64,000 nt of DNA from contig JBGANF010000001.1 of assembly GCA_044222475.1 (NCBI GenBank), positions 64,001-128,000 of the forward strand. Reading direction: 5' to 3'. The notes below the pieces were generated by a model. That model was not told the DNA's origin, searched no databases, and saw only the letters and a program-made list of their open reading frames with translations. This DNA comes from Polyangiaceae bacterium. GTDB lineage: Bacteria; Myxococcota_A; Polyangia; Polyangiales; Polyangiaceae. Below, piece after piece: positions 49,170 to 58,548 of the stretch (positions within the stretch are counted from its first letter, which is position 1; each line of letters opens with the position of its first letter). A program made the position numbers and the translations under genes.

Positions 49170-50210
49170 ATGACGCAGAACTACGATGAGGTGCTGAAGC
49201 AGGCCCAGGGCGCGGTCGCCACGTTGCGCGACGCGATCGGCAAGGTCGTCGTCGGTCAAGCGGCCGTCGTCGATCAAGTCATGTGGGGCCTCGTCGCCGG
49301 CGGTCACGTCCTCCTCGAGGGTGCCCCCGGTCTCGGCAAGACCCTGCTCGTGCGAACCCTGTCGCAGTGCCTCGACCTCAAGTTCTCGCGCATCCAGTTC
49401 ACGCCCGACCTGATGCCGAGCGACGTGGTCGGCACCAACGTGCTCGTGATGGACGCGGCCCAACGCGCCGCCGGCAGCATGTTCGCGGTCCAGAAGGGCC
49501 CCATCTTCGGGCAGATCGTCCTCGCCGACGAAATCAACCGCGCGACGCCGAAGACCCAGTCGGCGCTCCTCGAAGCCATGGCCGAAGCCGCGGTCACGAT
49601 CGCCGGCACGCGCCACCCGCTCGACGAGCCGTTCTGCGTCCTCGCGACCGAGAACCCGATCGAGATGGAGGGCACCTATCCGCTGCCCGAGGCGCAGCTC
49701 GATCGCTTCCTCCTCAAGGTGATCGTCCCGAACCCGTCCGAGGACGAGCTGTGCGACATCCTCACGCGGACGACCGGCAAGGCGGTGGAAGCCCCGCCTC
49801 GCGTGCTCACGCGCGAAGGCGTCATCCAGCTTCGAAACCTGTGCCGCGAAGTCGCGGTCGCCGAGCCCGTCGTGCGGTACGCCGCGCGGTTCGTTCGCGC
49901 GAGCGATCCGACGTCGAAGGACGCTCCCGAGCTCGTGAAGCGCGGAGTGCGCTTCGGCGCCGCCGTCCGCGGAGCCCAGTCGCTCGTCCTCGCGGCCAAG
50001 GCCGTCGCGCTCTGCGAGGGCCGGCCCAACGTGTCGTTCCAGGACATCCAGAAGGTCGCGAAGCCGTCGCTCCGTCATCGCATCATTCGATCGTTCGAGG
50101 GCGAGGCCGACGGCATCACCACGGACGCGATCGTGGACGCGCTGCTCGCCGGCGTGCCGACCCGTCCGCCGAGCGTCGAGGGCGAGCGCAAAGGCGGAGC
50201 AGCGGCATGA
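49170..50210 (+). CDS. moxR: MoxR family AAA+ ATPase
   Basis: GHVLLEGAPGLGKT, RIQFTPDLMPSD, LADEINRATPKTQSALLEAM, NPIEMEGTYPLPEAQLDRF. Confidence 0.95.
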   Translation: MTQNYDEVLKQAQGAVATLRDAIGKVVVGQAAVVDQVMWGLVAGGHVLLEGAPGLGKTLLVRTLSQCLDLKFSRIQFTPDLMPSDVVGTNVLVMDAAQRAAGSMFAVQKGPIFGQIVLADEINRATPKTQSALLEAMAEAAVTIAGTRHPLDEPFCVLATENPIEMEGTYPLPEAQLDRFLLKVIVPNPSEDELCDILTRTTGKAVEAPPRVLTREGVIQLRNLCREVAVAEPVVRYAARFVRASDPTSKDAPELVKRGVRFGAAVRGAQSLVLAAKAVALCEGRPNVSFQDIQKVAKPSLRHRIIRSFEGEADGITTDAIVDALLAGVPTRPPSVEGERKGGAAA

Positions 50211-52576
50211 CGCGATTCGGCGCGGAGCCGCGCGGGTACGCCGGACGCGCGAGCATGCGACTCGCGGTCTCGACGCTCGCGCTCGCGATGCTGGCCGTGG
50301 CGCCAGCGGCCGAAGCTGGACCGACGCCACCGCCAACGGCCTCGGCGTCGGGCAGCGCCGCGGCTGCCGCCGCGCCCCTTCCCCTCGCCGTCCGCGCACT
50401 GCCCATCTTCGGGACCGAAGCGTCGCTCGGGTTCGGCTGGCAGGAGATCGCGGTGACGATGGACAACACCGCCGCCGCTCCTCAAAAGGGCACGCTCGAG
50501 CTCAAGAGCGTCGTCCCGTACGCCGAGAAGTCCACGTTCATCGCTCGCGCTCCCTACAACGTCCCCGCCGGCCGCAGCGCGATCGTTCGGTTGCCGACGA
50601 AGGGGATCAACAATCAACTGCCGACCGTCACCCTCTCGGTACAGAACGAGTCGGGCAAAGAGCTCCAAGCCCTCACCGTGACCGTCAACATGGGCCAGAG
50701 CCCCACGTTGATCGACGTCGACAACCCCGCTCGCATGGGGATGGTCCTCCGTGGCTGGCCGGCGAGCGTCGCCTACACGCTCACGCCCTCGTACGCCTAC
50801 TCGTACGCGCCGCCTCCGATCATGACGTTGAGCGTCGGCGCGCCCCAGTACGACCGCGCCACCGGCGATCCGATCCTCCCGACGCGCGCGGCGGCGTACG
50901 CCGGCGTCAACGTCGTGTTCATCCACTCGGATCAGCTCGTGCGCCTCGAGCCCGAGCAGAAGGACGCCCTCCTCGCGTGGGTCGCTGGCGGCGGAACGAT
51001 CGCGATCTCGATCGCGCGGCCCGAAGATCTGCGCAGCACCGAGGTGGAGTCGCTCGCTGGAGCGGGCATCGTCGCCGGAACGGCTCCGCCGGCTCTCCTC
51101 TCGCTGCCGACCGTGCCGCGCCCTTCCGCACCGCCCCCGATTCCGGTGCCGACCTACTACGACGACGAAGAGCTCGACTGGAACCCGACCGACAAGTCGT
51201 CTTCGGATTTCCACACGCTCGGCACGAGCGCCGCTCGGCCCGACCCCGCCGACTTCCTGAAGACGCGCACGAGCGTCGCAGGCGGCGGAGCTCCCGGCAC
51301 CGGCCCGGGCGACGCCGTGAAAGAGAAGCTCCATGGCTTCACCGGCGGAAGGCTCGTGCAGAGCAACTGGGGTGCGAGCGCGCGCTACGGCGTCGGCGAC
51401 GTCGAGCTCCTCGCCTTCGATCCGTCCGTCTCTCCGGGCTTGGACGATCCGTGGGTCCAGTGGCGCATGGTCGATCTCGTGAACCGCTCGTGGGATCGGC
51501 GCGCGACCCAGATCTTCCCGCCCGGCGCCGACGATCGGCGCACGTACTCCTACTGGGGCGGTCCCACCGGCGGCGACGAGATCCGCAAGGCGCTCGACCC
51601 GAACGAGAGCTTCCGGCCGGCGCTCGGCTTCGCCGCGATCCTACTCGTCCTCTATTCGATCCTCGTTGGCCCGGTGAACTTTCTCCGCGCGTCGAAGGCG
51701 GGGAAGCCGCTTCGTCCTCTCCTGTGGGCGCCGATCTTCAGCGCGGTCGCGTTCGGCGCGATCGTGATGACCGGGCTCGTGGTGAAGGGGTTCCGCGGGC
51801 GTGCGCGCCACCTCGCCCTCGTGGAGACGAGCGCCGGGAACAACCGCGGATCGATCTGTCGGTTCCGTGGCTTCTTCACGTCCGAGACGCGCTCCCTCAG
51901 CATCGCGGCGACCGACCGATCGAGCATCATCTCGGTTCAGTCGTCGGACTCGATCATGGACGACAAGGCGAGCCTGCGCATCGATCGCAACGGGCTCTCG
52001 CTCGAGAACCTCACGTCGCTCCCCTGGCAGACGTTGGTCATCCGCGAGAACGGCGCGACCGAGCTCAAAGGCACCGTCGATCTCAAGTCGGCCGGCGCAG
52101 GCACCACCGTCGACGTCACGAACCACCTCGGGGCGACGCTGAACGACGTGCTCGTCTACGTCCCCGGCGACGGCATCCGCTACTTCGCCGCCATCAAGGA
52201 CGGCGAGACCGTGACGGCGTCCGCGGGCACCTTCCTCCTCGGCTCCGCGAGCCGCCGCGTCGTGAGCGCGGGCTCTCTGTCCGTTCATCCGTTCGACGAG
52301 GCGACCGTCGCGGCGGCGTTGCCGCGCAAGGACGCGCAGCGCGTCGAGAAGGATTGGTCGCCTCTCTCGGCGACCGCCGGAGACGCCGTCGACTGGTGGC
52401 CGGACGACGTGCCCGTCGTCCTCGGCGAGGTCGAGGGCGGCGAGAAGCTCAAGAACGACTCCGGTCTCTCGCTCGAGAGCGACCGCTTGTTGCTGCGCGT
52501 CGTCGGGACGCCGGACCTCATGTCGGTCACGACGCCGACCGCCCCGCCCACGCCGACGGGAGGAGCCACGCCATGA
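50207..52576 (+). CDS. Hypothetical membrane protein of the MoxR operon (GATase-like segment; start may be 50255)
   Basis: Signal peptide, ALLAWVAGGG, RYGVG.V, LYSILVGPVN TM pair. Confidence 0.7.
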   Translation: MTRFGAEPRGYAGRASMRLAVSTLALAMLAVAPAAEAGPTPPPTASASGSAAAAAAPLPLAVRALPIFGTEASLGFGWQEIAVTMDNTAAAPQKGTLELKSVVPYAEKSTFIARAPYNVPAGRSAIVRLPTKGINNQLPTVTLSVQNESGKELQALTVTVNMGQSPTLIDVDNPARMGMVLRGWPASVAYTLTPSYAYSYAPPPIMTLSVGAPQYDRATGDPILPTRAAAYAGVNVVFIHSDQLVRLEPEQKDALLAWVAGGGTIAISIARPEDLRSTEVESLAGAGIVAGTAPPALLSLPTVPRPSAPPPIPVPTYYDDEELDWNPTDKSSSDFHTLGTSAARPDPADFLKTRTSVAGGGAPGTGPGDAVKEKLHGFTGGRLVQSNWGASARYGVGDVELLAFDPSVSPGLDDPWVQWRMVDLVNRSWDRRATQIFPPGADDRRTYSYWGGPTGGDEIRKALDPNESFRPALGFAAILLVLYSILVGPVNFLRASKAGKPLRPLLWAPIFSAVAFGAIVMTGLVVKGFRGRARHLALVETSAGNNRGSICRFRGFFTSETRSLSIAATDRSSIISVQSSDSIMDDKASLRIDRNGLSLENLTSLPWQTLVIRENGATELKGTVDLKSAGAGTTVDVTNHLGATLNDVLVYVPGDGIRYFAAIKDGETVTASAGTFLLGSASRRVVSAGSLSVHPFDEATVAAALPRKDAQRVEKDWSPLSATAGDAVDWWPDDVPVVLGEVEGGEKLKNDSGLSLESDRLLLRVVGTPDLMSVTTPTAPPTPTGGATP

Positions 52577-53796
52577 CGCAAGAGCAAGCCCCCGCCTCCA
52601 GCGCGCCGAGCAGCCAGGGCCCCGGAAGCTGGGTCGCCGGCACCACGCCCGCGATTCGCGTCCGTCACCTCTGGCACCGCTTCGGTCGCTTCGACGTTCT
52701 CCGCGACGTCAGCTTCGAGGTCGGTCACGGCGAGATCTTCGGCTTCATCGGCCCGAACGGCGCCGGCAAGACGACGACGATTCGCATCATGGCGACTCTC
52801 CTCGAGCCGCTCGCCGGTCGCGTCGAGGTCGACGGGTTCGACGTGTCGGTCGATCCCGAAGCCGTGCGAAAGATCATCGGCTACATGCCGGACCACGCGG
52901 GCGTGTACGAGCGCGTCACCGTGCGCGAGTACCTCGAGTTCTTCGCCGACGCGTACAAGGTCGCGCCCGATGGCAACTACGGCGTCGTCGACGCCGTCAT
53001 GGAGCTCACCGACCTGACGAAGCTGCGCGACAAGCTCGTCGCCACGATGTCGAAGGGCATGAAGCAGCGCCTCCAGCTCGCGCGCACGTTGCTGCACGAC
53101 CCGAAGGTGCTCATCCTCGACGAGCCGGCGAGCGATCTCGACCCGCGCGCGCGCATCGAGATCCGCGACCTCCTCGTCGAGCTCCGCAACATGGGCAAGA
53201 CGGTGTTCCTCTCGAGCCACATCCTCACCGAGCTCGCCGACGTGTGCACGTCGGTCGCGATCCTCGAGCGCGGAAGGCTCGTCGTGTCGGGGCCCATCAC
53301 TGACATCGCTCGGCGCCTCGAGGAAGCCGCGGCCGCCCGCCAGCCGGCGCCTCAGCAAGCTCAAGTGCCGGCTCACACCCCCGAGAGCCACGCGGCGGCG
53401 CTGGCGCACATGGGTCACTCCACGTCCCCGATCCACGCCACCATGCCACTCGCGGCCCATGGCGCTCAGGCGAGCGCTCACGCCACGCAGGTCAGCGGCG
53501 GACCGATCGAGCCCGCGCCGCACACCGTTCATCGCGGGTTCCGGAAGCGCGCCAAGCTCAAGGCGATCGGCGCGCTCGAACAAGTCCAGGCGGCGCTCAC
53601 CGGAGTGCCGAACGTCTTCGACGTCGCCGCGTCCCCTGGTGGGACGTTCCTCGTCACCTACGCTGGTGACGATCAAGTACTCGGTTCGATCGTGAAGGCG
53701 CTCGTCGGCGCCGACATCGCCGTCATCGGAGTGGAGCCCGAGCGCAACGAGCTCGAGCGGATCTTCCTCGAAGTCACGAAGGGCGAGGTGCAGTGA
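52573..53796 (+). CDS. ABC-2 type ATP-binding protein
   Basis: GPNGAGKTT, MSKGMKQR, ILDEP, SSH; His/Ala-rich insert. Confidence 0.93.
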   Translation: MTQEQAPASSAPSSQGPGSWVAGTTPAIRVRHLWHRFGRFDVLRDVSFEVGHGEIFGFIGPNGAGKTTTIRIMATLLEPLAGRVEVDGFDVSVDPEAVRKIIGYMPDHAGVYERVTVREYLEFFADAYKVAPDGNYGVVDAVMELTDLTKLRDKLVATMSKGMKQRLQLARTLLHDPKVLILDEPASDLDPRARIEIRDLLVELRNMGKTVFLSSHILTELADVCTSVAILERGRLVVSGPITDIARRLEEAAAARQPAPQQAQVPAHTPESHAAALAHMGHSTSPIHATMPLAAHGAQASAHATQVSGGPIEPAPHTVHRGFRKRAKLKAIGALEQVQAALTGVPNVFDVAASPGGTFLVTYAGDDQVLGSIVKALVGADIAVIGVEPERNELERIFLEVTKGEVQ

Positions 53797-55697
53797 TGAC
53801 GGCCCAAGCGACCCCCGCGCCGCCGCCGTCGGCCCACCCGCCGAAGCTCGGCTTCTTCGCGCGCATCCTGCGCGACCCCAACGCGATCTGGATGCGCGAG
53901 ATGCGTCAGTCGGCGCGGCTCGGTCGCACGCCGTGGATCCTCTTCGGCCTCGCGCTGACGATCTCGCTGCTCATGTGCTCGATCGGGGGCATCGCCGCCA
54001 CCGACAACGCGAGCCCGGCGACGCTCGGTGGCGCGCTCTTCCAGACGTTCTTCTCGATCGCGGCGTTCGTCGTCATGCTCATCGGCCCGACCGTCGCCGC
54101 GAACAGCATCGCGAGCGAGCGTGAAGGCCGCACGTGGGAAGCGGTCCAGCTCACCGGCCTGCACCCCAAGGACATCGCACGCGGCAAGTTCATGGCCGCG
54201 TACTCCGCGATCGCGATGTACATCATCGTGCTCGCGCCGGTGGGTGCCCTCCCCTTCCTCTTCGGCGGAGTCACCCCGGTCGAGGTCATCGTCGCGTTCG
54301 CGTTCCTCTTCCTGCTCGCCGCGCTCGCGGTGGCATTCGGGCTCGCCGTCAGCTCCCTCATGTCGAGCCTGCGTGGCGCCATCGTCGTCACCTTGATCCT
54401 CGCGATCGTGATCGGGCCGTCGCTCTACGCGGTCTTCGGGTTCTGGGCCTCGTTCGGCGCTCACCAGCTCTGGCCCGAGCTGCCCGAGAGCTTCCCCATC
54501 TGGCTCCCGCTCGCGTACACGCGCGCGCCGTTCGGGCTCGAGTACATCGCGCTCCTCATCGTCGTTCCGCTCGTCATCGTGCTCTTGCCGGCGTGGTTCC
54601 TCTACGAGGTCACGGTGGCGAACCTCACCGGCGAAACCGACGATCGCTCGACCGGCCTCAAGCGATGGTTCTTCGTCGCCACGCCGCTCCTCGCCCTCGC
54701 GTGCGCCATCCCGAGCGCGGTCGCCTACACCGACGAGCTCCGCGTCAGCTGGTCGATCGCCGGACAGACCACGTTCGTGATCTACGCCGGGTTCTGCGCC
54801 CTCCTCTTCGCCTTCGAGCCTGCAGGGCCCTCGCGCCGCGTGCTCGTCCACTGGCGCCGCGAGGATGCCGGCATCGTGCGGCGCTTCTTCGGACCCGGAC
54901 TGCCGAAGACGGCGACGTTGGTCGTGCTCCTCGGCTTCGTGGGCATGGCGGCCATCGCGGCGTTCGATCTCGCCGCGCTCCAGTTCGCGCCAACCACGGT
55001 CACGCCCACCTACGCGGCGACGATGTACGGCTATGCGCCGCCCGTCACGCCTCGGGGTGACTCGATGGCCCAGATCGCCCTCTTCGGCATCTACTGCGCG
55101 CCTTACTACATCTTCACCGTCGGGCTCACGTCGTACATCCGTTCGCGTGGATCCACGCCCTGGATCACGCGCCTCATCGCGAGCGCGTTCCTCTTCCTCA
55201 TCGCCGCCGCGCCGTGGGTCGTCGCCGCCATCGGCGGTGTCGTGTCGTCGAGCCACGACGACACGTGGCTCATCGTCGGCGCGCCGAGCCCCTTCTTCGC
55301 GTACCTGATGGTCGGCTGGGTCACGAAGACCAGCAGCAGCGACGTCCCGATCATCCAAGCCGGAGTCGCGTGCGCGTTGCTCTGGGGATTCATCGGTCTC
55401 GTCCTCCTCTTGGCCGCCGGTCGACGCGCGAGCAAGGCGATGCGCGAGCAAGCCGCGCTCGTCGCCCAACAAGAGGCTGCGCTCGAAGCGGAGGAGAAGG
55501 CTCAAGCTGAAGCCGTCGCGCGCGCCGCGATGGAAGCGACCGCCGCCGAGGCCGCCGCGAACGCTCCGCCCGAAGTCGCCGCCGACCCCGCCGCGACGGT
55601 CGCGGACGTGCCGCCCGCGACGCAGCCCCTCGGCGCGACGGTGCCCATCGACGACGCACCTCCCAAACCCGAGGACGGCGCACCTCCGACGTCATGA
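53793..55697 (+). CDS. ABC-2 type permease
   Basis: NAIWMREMR, SIASEREGRTWE, IARGK, multiple TMs. Confidence 0.85.
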   Translation: MMTAQATPAPPPSAHPPKLGFFARILRDPNAIWMREMRQSARLGRTPWILFGLALTISLLMCSIGGIAATDNASPATLGGALFQTFFSIAAFVVMLIGPTVAANSIASEREGRTWEAVQLTGLHPKDIARGKFMAAYSAIAMYIIVLAPVGALPFLFGGVTPVEVIVAFAFLFLLAALAVAFGLAVSSLMSSLRGAIVVTLILAIVIGPSLYAVFGFWASFGAHQLWPELPESFPIWLPLAYTRAPFGLEYIALLIVVPLVIVLLPAWFLYEVTVANLTGETDDRSTGLKRWFFVATPLLALACAIPSAVAYTDELRVSWSIAGQTTFVIYAGFCALLFAFEPAGPSRRVLVHWRREDAGIVRRFFGPGLPKTATLVVLLGFVGMAAIAAFDLAALQFAPTTVTPTYAATMYGYAPPVTPRGDSMAQIALFGIYCAPYYIFTVGLTSYIRSRGSTPWITRLIASAFLFLIAAAPWVVAAIGGVVSSSHDDTWLIVGAPSPFFAYLMVGWVTKTSSSDVPIIQAGVACALLWGFIGLVLLLAAGRRASKAMREQAALVAQQEAALEAEEKAQAEAVARAAMEATAAEAAANAPPEVAADPAATVADVPPATQPLGATVPIDDAPPKPEDGAPPTS

Positions 55698-56563
55698 CGG
55701 TCTTCGATCCGGCCTTCGCGCGCGAGTTGGAAGCGCTTCGCCGCCGCATGGTGCTGCGCGCACGCTCGGGCGGCGGCGGCGACCACCTGTCGAAGAAGCG
55801 CGGCGGCAGCGCGGAGTTCCTCGAGCACCGCCCCTACGCCCCCGGCGACGACCTCCGGCGCATCGACTGGCTCGCGTTCGCTCGCACCGGCGAGCCGGTG
55901 TTCAAGCTCTTCCGCGCCGAAGAAGACGTGATCGTGCGACTGCTCGTCGACCAGAGCCTCTCCCTCGAAGCCGGCGAGCCGACGAAGCTCTCGGTCGCGA
56001 CGAAGATGGCCTCGGCCATCGGCTACATGGCGATCGCGGGGAGCGAGCGCGCCCAGGTGATGGCGGCGGGCGAGACCCTCGGGTACGTCTCCGATCCCAT
56101 GCGCGGCCGAGGAGGCCTGCCGAAGCTCCTCCGCGATCTCTCGGGCATCCAGGCTACGGGCGGGACCGATCTCGCGAAGAGCATCGAGCAAGCCATCGTG
56201 CGCGCCGGCCGGCCGGGGATGCTCGTCATCCTCAGCGACTTCATGGACGATGGTCCCTTCGACGCCGCGATCACGAAGGCGGCGAGCGCCGGTCACGACA
56301 TCTCGCTCGTCCAGGTGCTCGCTCGCGAAGAGGTGGAGCCGCGCTACGACGGAGACTTCGCGCTCGAAGACGCGGAGACCGGCGACCTCGTCGAGGTCAC
56401 GATGGACGCGGGCGCCGTCGACGCATACCTCGAGCGACTGAACCAGCTCATCATGGGCCTCCGTGCGCTGTCGAAGAAGGTGCGCGCGACGTACATCCGA
56501 ATCGTCAACGACGAGCCGCTGCTTCCCGCGGTTCGACGCTTCGTCGCTCGAGCGGTGGATTGA
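55694..56563 (+). CDS. DUF58 protein
   Basis: GGSAEFLEHRPYAPGDDLRRIDW, VDQSLS, ILSDF, DAETG. Confidence 0.93.
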   Translation: MTVFDPAFARELEALRRRMVLRARSGGGGDHLSKKRGGSAEFLEHRPYAPGDDLRRIDWLAFARTGEPVFKLFRAEEDVIVRLLVDQSLSLEAGEPTKLSVATKMASAIGYMAIAGSERAQVMAAGETLGYVSDPMRGRGGLPKLLRDLSGIQATGGTDLAKSIEQAIVRAGRPGMLVILSDFMDDGPFDAAITKAASAGHDISLVQVLAREEVEPRYDGDFALEDAETGDLVEVTMDAGAVDAYLERLNQLIMGLRALSKKVRATYIRIVNDEPLLPAVRRFVARAVD

Positions 56564-58548
56564 TGGGGGCGATCGAGTTCCTCAATCCGAAGGGGTTCTT
56601 CCTCCTGACCGGGCTCGTCCCGCTCGTGATCTTGTACATCCTCAAGATCAAGCGCCAGCGCCTGCGCGTGCCGTCAGTGTGGCTCTGGGCCGAGGCCCGC
56701 CGCGATCTCCTCGCGAAGCACCCGTTCAAGAAGCTCATCCCCGAGCTCGCGCTGTTGCTGCAGATCCTCGCGCTCATCGCGCTCTCGATCGCCCTCGCCC
56801 GGCCGGCGCTCCGCGGAAGCCGAATCACCGGCGATCACGTCGCGATCGTCATCGACACGAGCGCCTCGATGGGGACGCTCGCGAACCCGAAGGACGGCAA
56901 ACCGACGACCCGCATGCAGGAGGCCATCGACGCCGCCGACAACGTGTTGTCGTCGATGGAGCCCGGGGCCGACGCAATCCTCATCGAGGGCGCGCGCGAC
57001 GCGAAGGTCGTCTCGCCGCTCGATCGCGACCTGCGTCGCCTCAAGAGCGCGCTGTCCCAAGTTGGTACACGCGAGGTCGAGGGCGATCTCGGCCCGGCGG
57101 TCGCGCTCGCCGCCGATCGCCTCCGCGGCCTGGGCGGCAAGAAGCGCATCATCCTCATCACCGACGGCGCGCTCGCGAGCGAGAACGCCATCGCCGCGGC
57201 CGGGATCGACACCCAGATCATCACCGTCGGCGAAGCGGCCGAGAACGTCGGCGTCGTCCGGGTCGACGTGCGCGCCGGTCTCGACCCCACGAGCCACAAG
57301 GAGCAGGCTCAAGTCTTCGTCATGCTCCAGAGCTACGCGGACGTGGCGAAGGACGTGTTCGTCACGCTCACGGTCGAAGGTCGCAAGGATCCGTCGGCGT
57401 CGCGCCGCGTCCTCGTGCCGGCCAAGGAGAAGCTGCCGGTCGTCCTCACGTTCGAGCCTTCGCCGATGGAGTACGGCAAGGGGCTCCAGGTCGAGCTTTC
57501 CCCCCACGACGCGCTCGCGCTCGACGACGTCGCCTTCGGTCGCGTGCCTCAAGGGCGGAAGCTGCCGGTCGTCCACGCGTCGAACGTCGACTACTCGTGG
57601 GTCGCCCGCGCGCTGGACGCCGACGACAGCCTCGACGTGCAGAAGATCACGGTGGGCCAGCTCGGCGACGTGAACGCCGACCCCGAGGCGCTGGTCGTCG
57701 TCGAGGGCGGTTGCCCGGACAACCCGCCGGGGCTCGACGTGCTCGTCGTGAACCCGCCCACCGGCACGTGCCTCGGAGTCGACGTCGGCGCCGTCGTCGA
57801 GAACCCCCAGATCACGTCGTGGGAAGCCGGAGACCCTCGCTTCCGCTTCCTCACGTTCGACGGCGTACACATCACCAAGGCCACCCCGCTCAAGGCGCCG
57901 GGTGCGAGCTCGTCGCTCCTGCGCGCCCAGACGAGCACCCTCCTCGCGGACGCCTCGTTTCCGGGACGCACCGTCACGATCGTCGGCTTCGACGTGGGCG
58001 AGACCGACTGGCCGCTCCGCGCGTCGTTCGTCCTCTTCATGCGCAACGTCGTCGAGCTCGCGCGCCTCCACCGCGCGCAGGGCACGACGGGTCCGGCGAA
58101 GACCGGCGACCCTCTGCGCATCGCCGTCCCGAAGGACGTCACCAGCGTCAAGGTCGACGGTCCAGGGCTCGTCGAGAAGGAGCTCGCCGCCAAGGGCGGA
58201 TTCGCGATCCTGCCGACGGTCGATCGCGCCGGCGTCTACCACGCGCGCTGGACGGTGCCGCGGCACGGCAGCGCGGTCATCATCGCGAACCTCACGAGCG
58301 ACAAAGAGAGCGACGTCCGCCCCCGCAAGGTCGTCGTGGACGCGAACGCCGGGGTCGTGACCGCTGCTCGTGTGGCCGACGCCCACCACGAGTGGGGCCT
58401 CTGGCTTGCGCTCGCGGCGCTCGCGTTCATCGCGTTCGACATCTTCTGGCTCACCCGCAAGAAGAACGTCTCCTCCGTCGGGAGCGTCGCCGCCGCGACC
58501 GCGCGACCGGCGCCCAAGCCCGAAGCTCCCGCGAAGGGAGAGGCGTGA
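56563..58548 (+). CDS. BatA N-terminal + vWA domain protein
   Basis: FLNP...PLVILYILK...VPSVWLW, ALARP, IDTSASM MIDAS, ITDG. Confidence 0.88.
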   Translation: MGAIEFLNPKGFFLLTGLVPLVILYILKIKRQRLRVPSVWLWAEARRDLLAKHPFKKLIPELALLLQILALIALSIALARPALRGSRITGDHVAIVIDTSASMGTLANPKDGKPTTRMQEAIDAADNVLSSMEPGADAILIEGARDAKVVSPLDRDLRRLKSALSQVGTREVEGDLGPAVALAADRLRGLGGKKRIILITDGALASENAIAAAGIDTQIITVGEAAENVGVVRVDVRAGLDPTSHKEQAQVFVMLQSYADVAKDVFVTLTVEGRKDPSASRRVLVPAKEKLPVVLTFEPSPMEYGKGLQVELSPHDALALDDVAFGRVPQGRKLPVVHASNVDYSWVARALDADDSLDVQKITVGQLGDVNADPEALVVVEGGCPDNPPGLDVLVVNPPTGTCLGVDVGAVVENPQITSWEAGDPRFRFLTFDGVHITKATPLKAPGASSSLLRAQTSTLLADASFPGRTVTIVGFDVGETDWPLRASFVLFMRNVVELARLHRAQGTTGPAKTGDPLRIAVPKDVTSVKVDGPGLVEKELAAKGGFAILPTVDRAGVYHARWTVPRHGSAVIIANLTSDKESDVRPRKVVVDANAGVVTAARVADAHHEWGLWLALAALAFIAFDIFWLTRKKNVSSVGSVAAATARPAPKPEAPAKGEA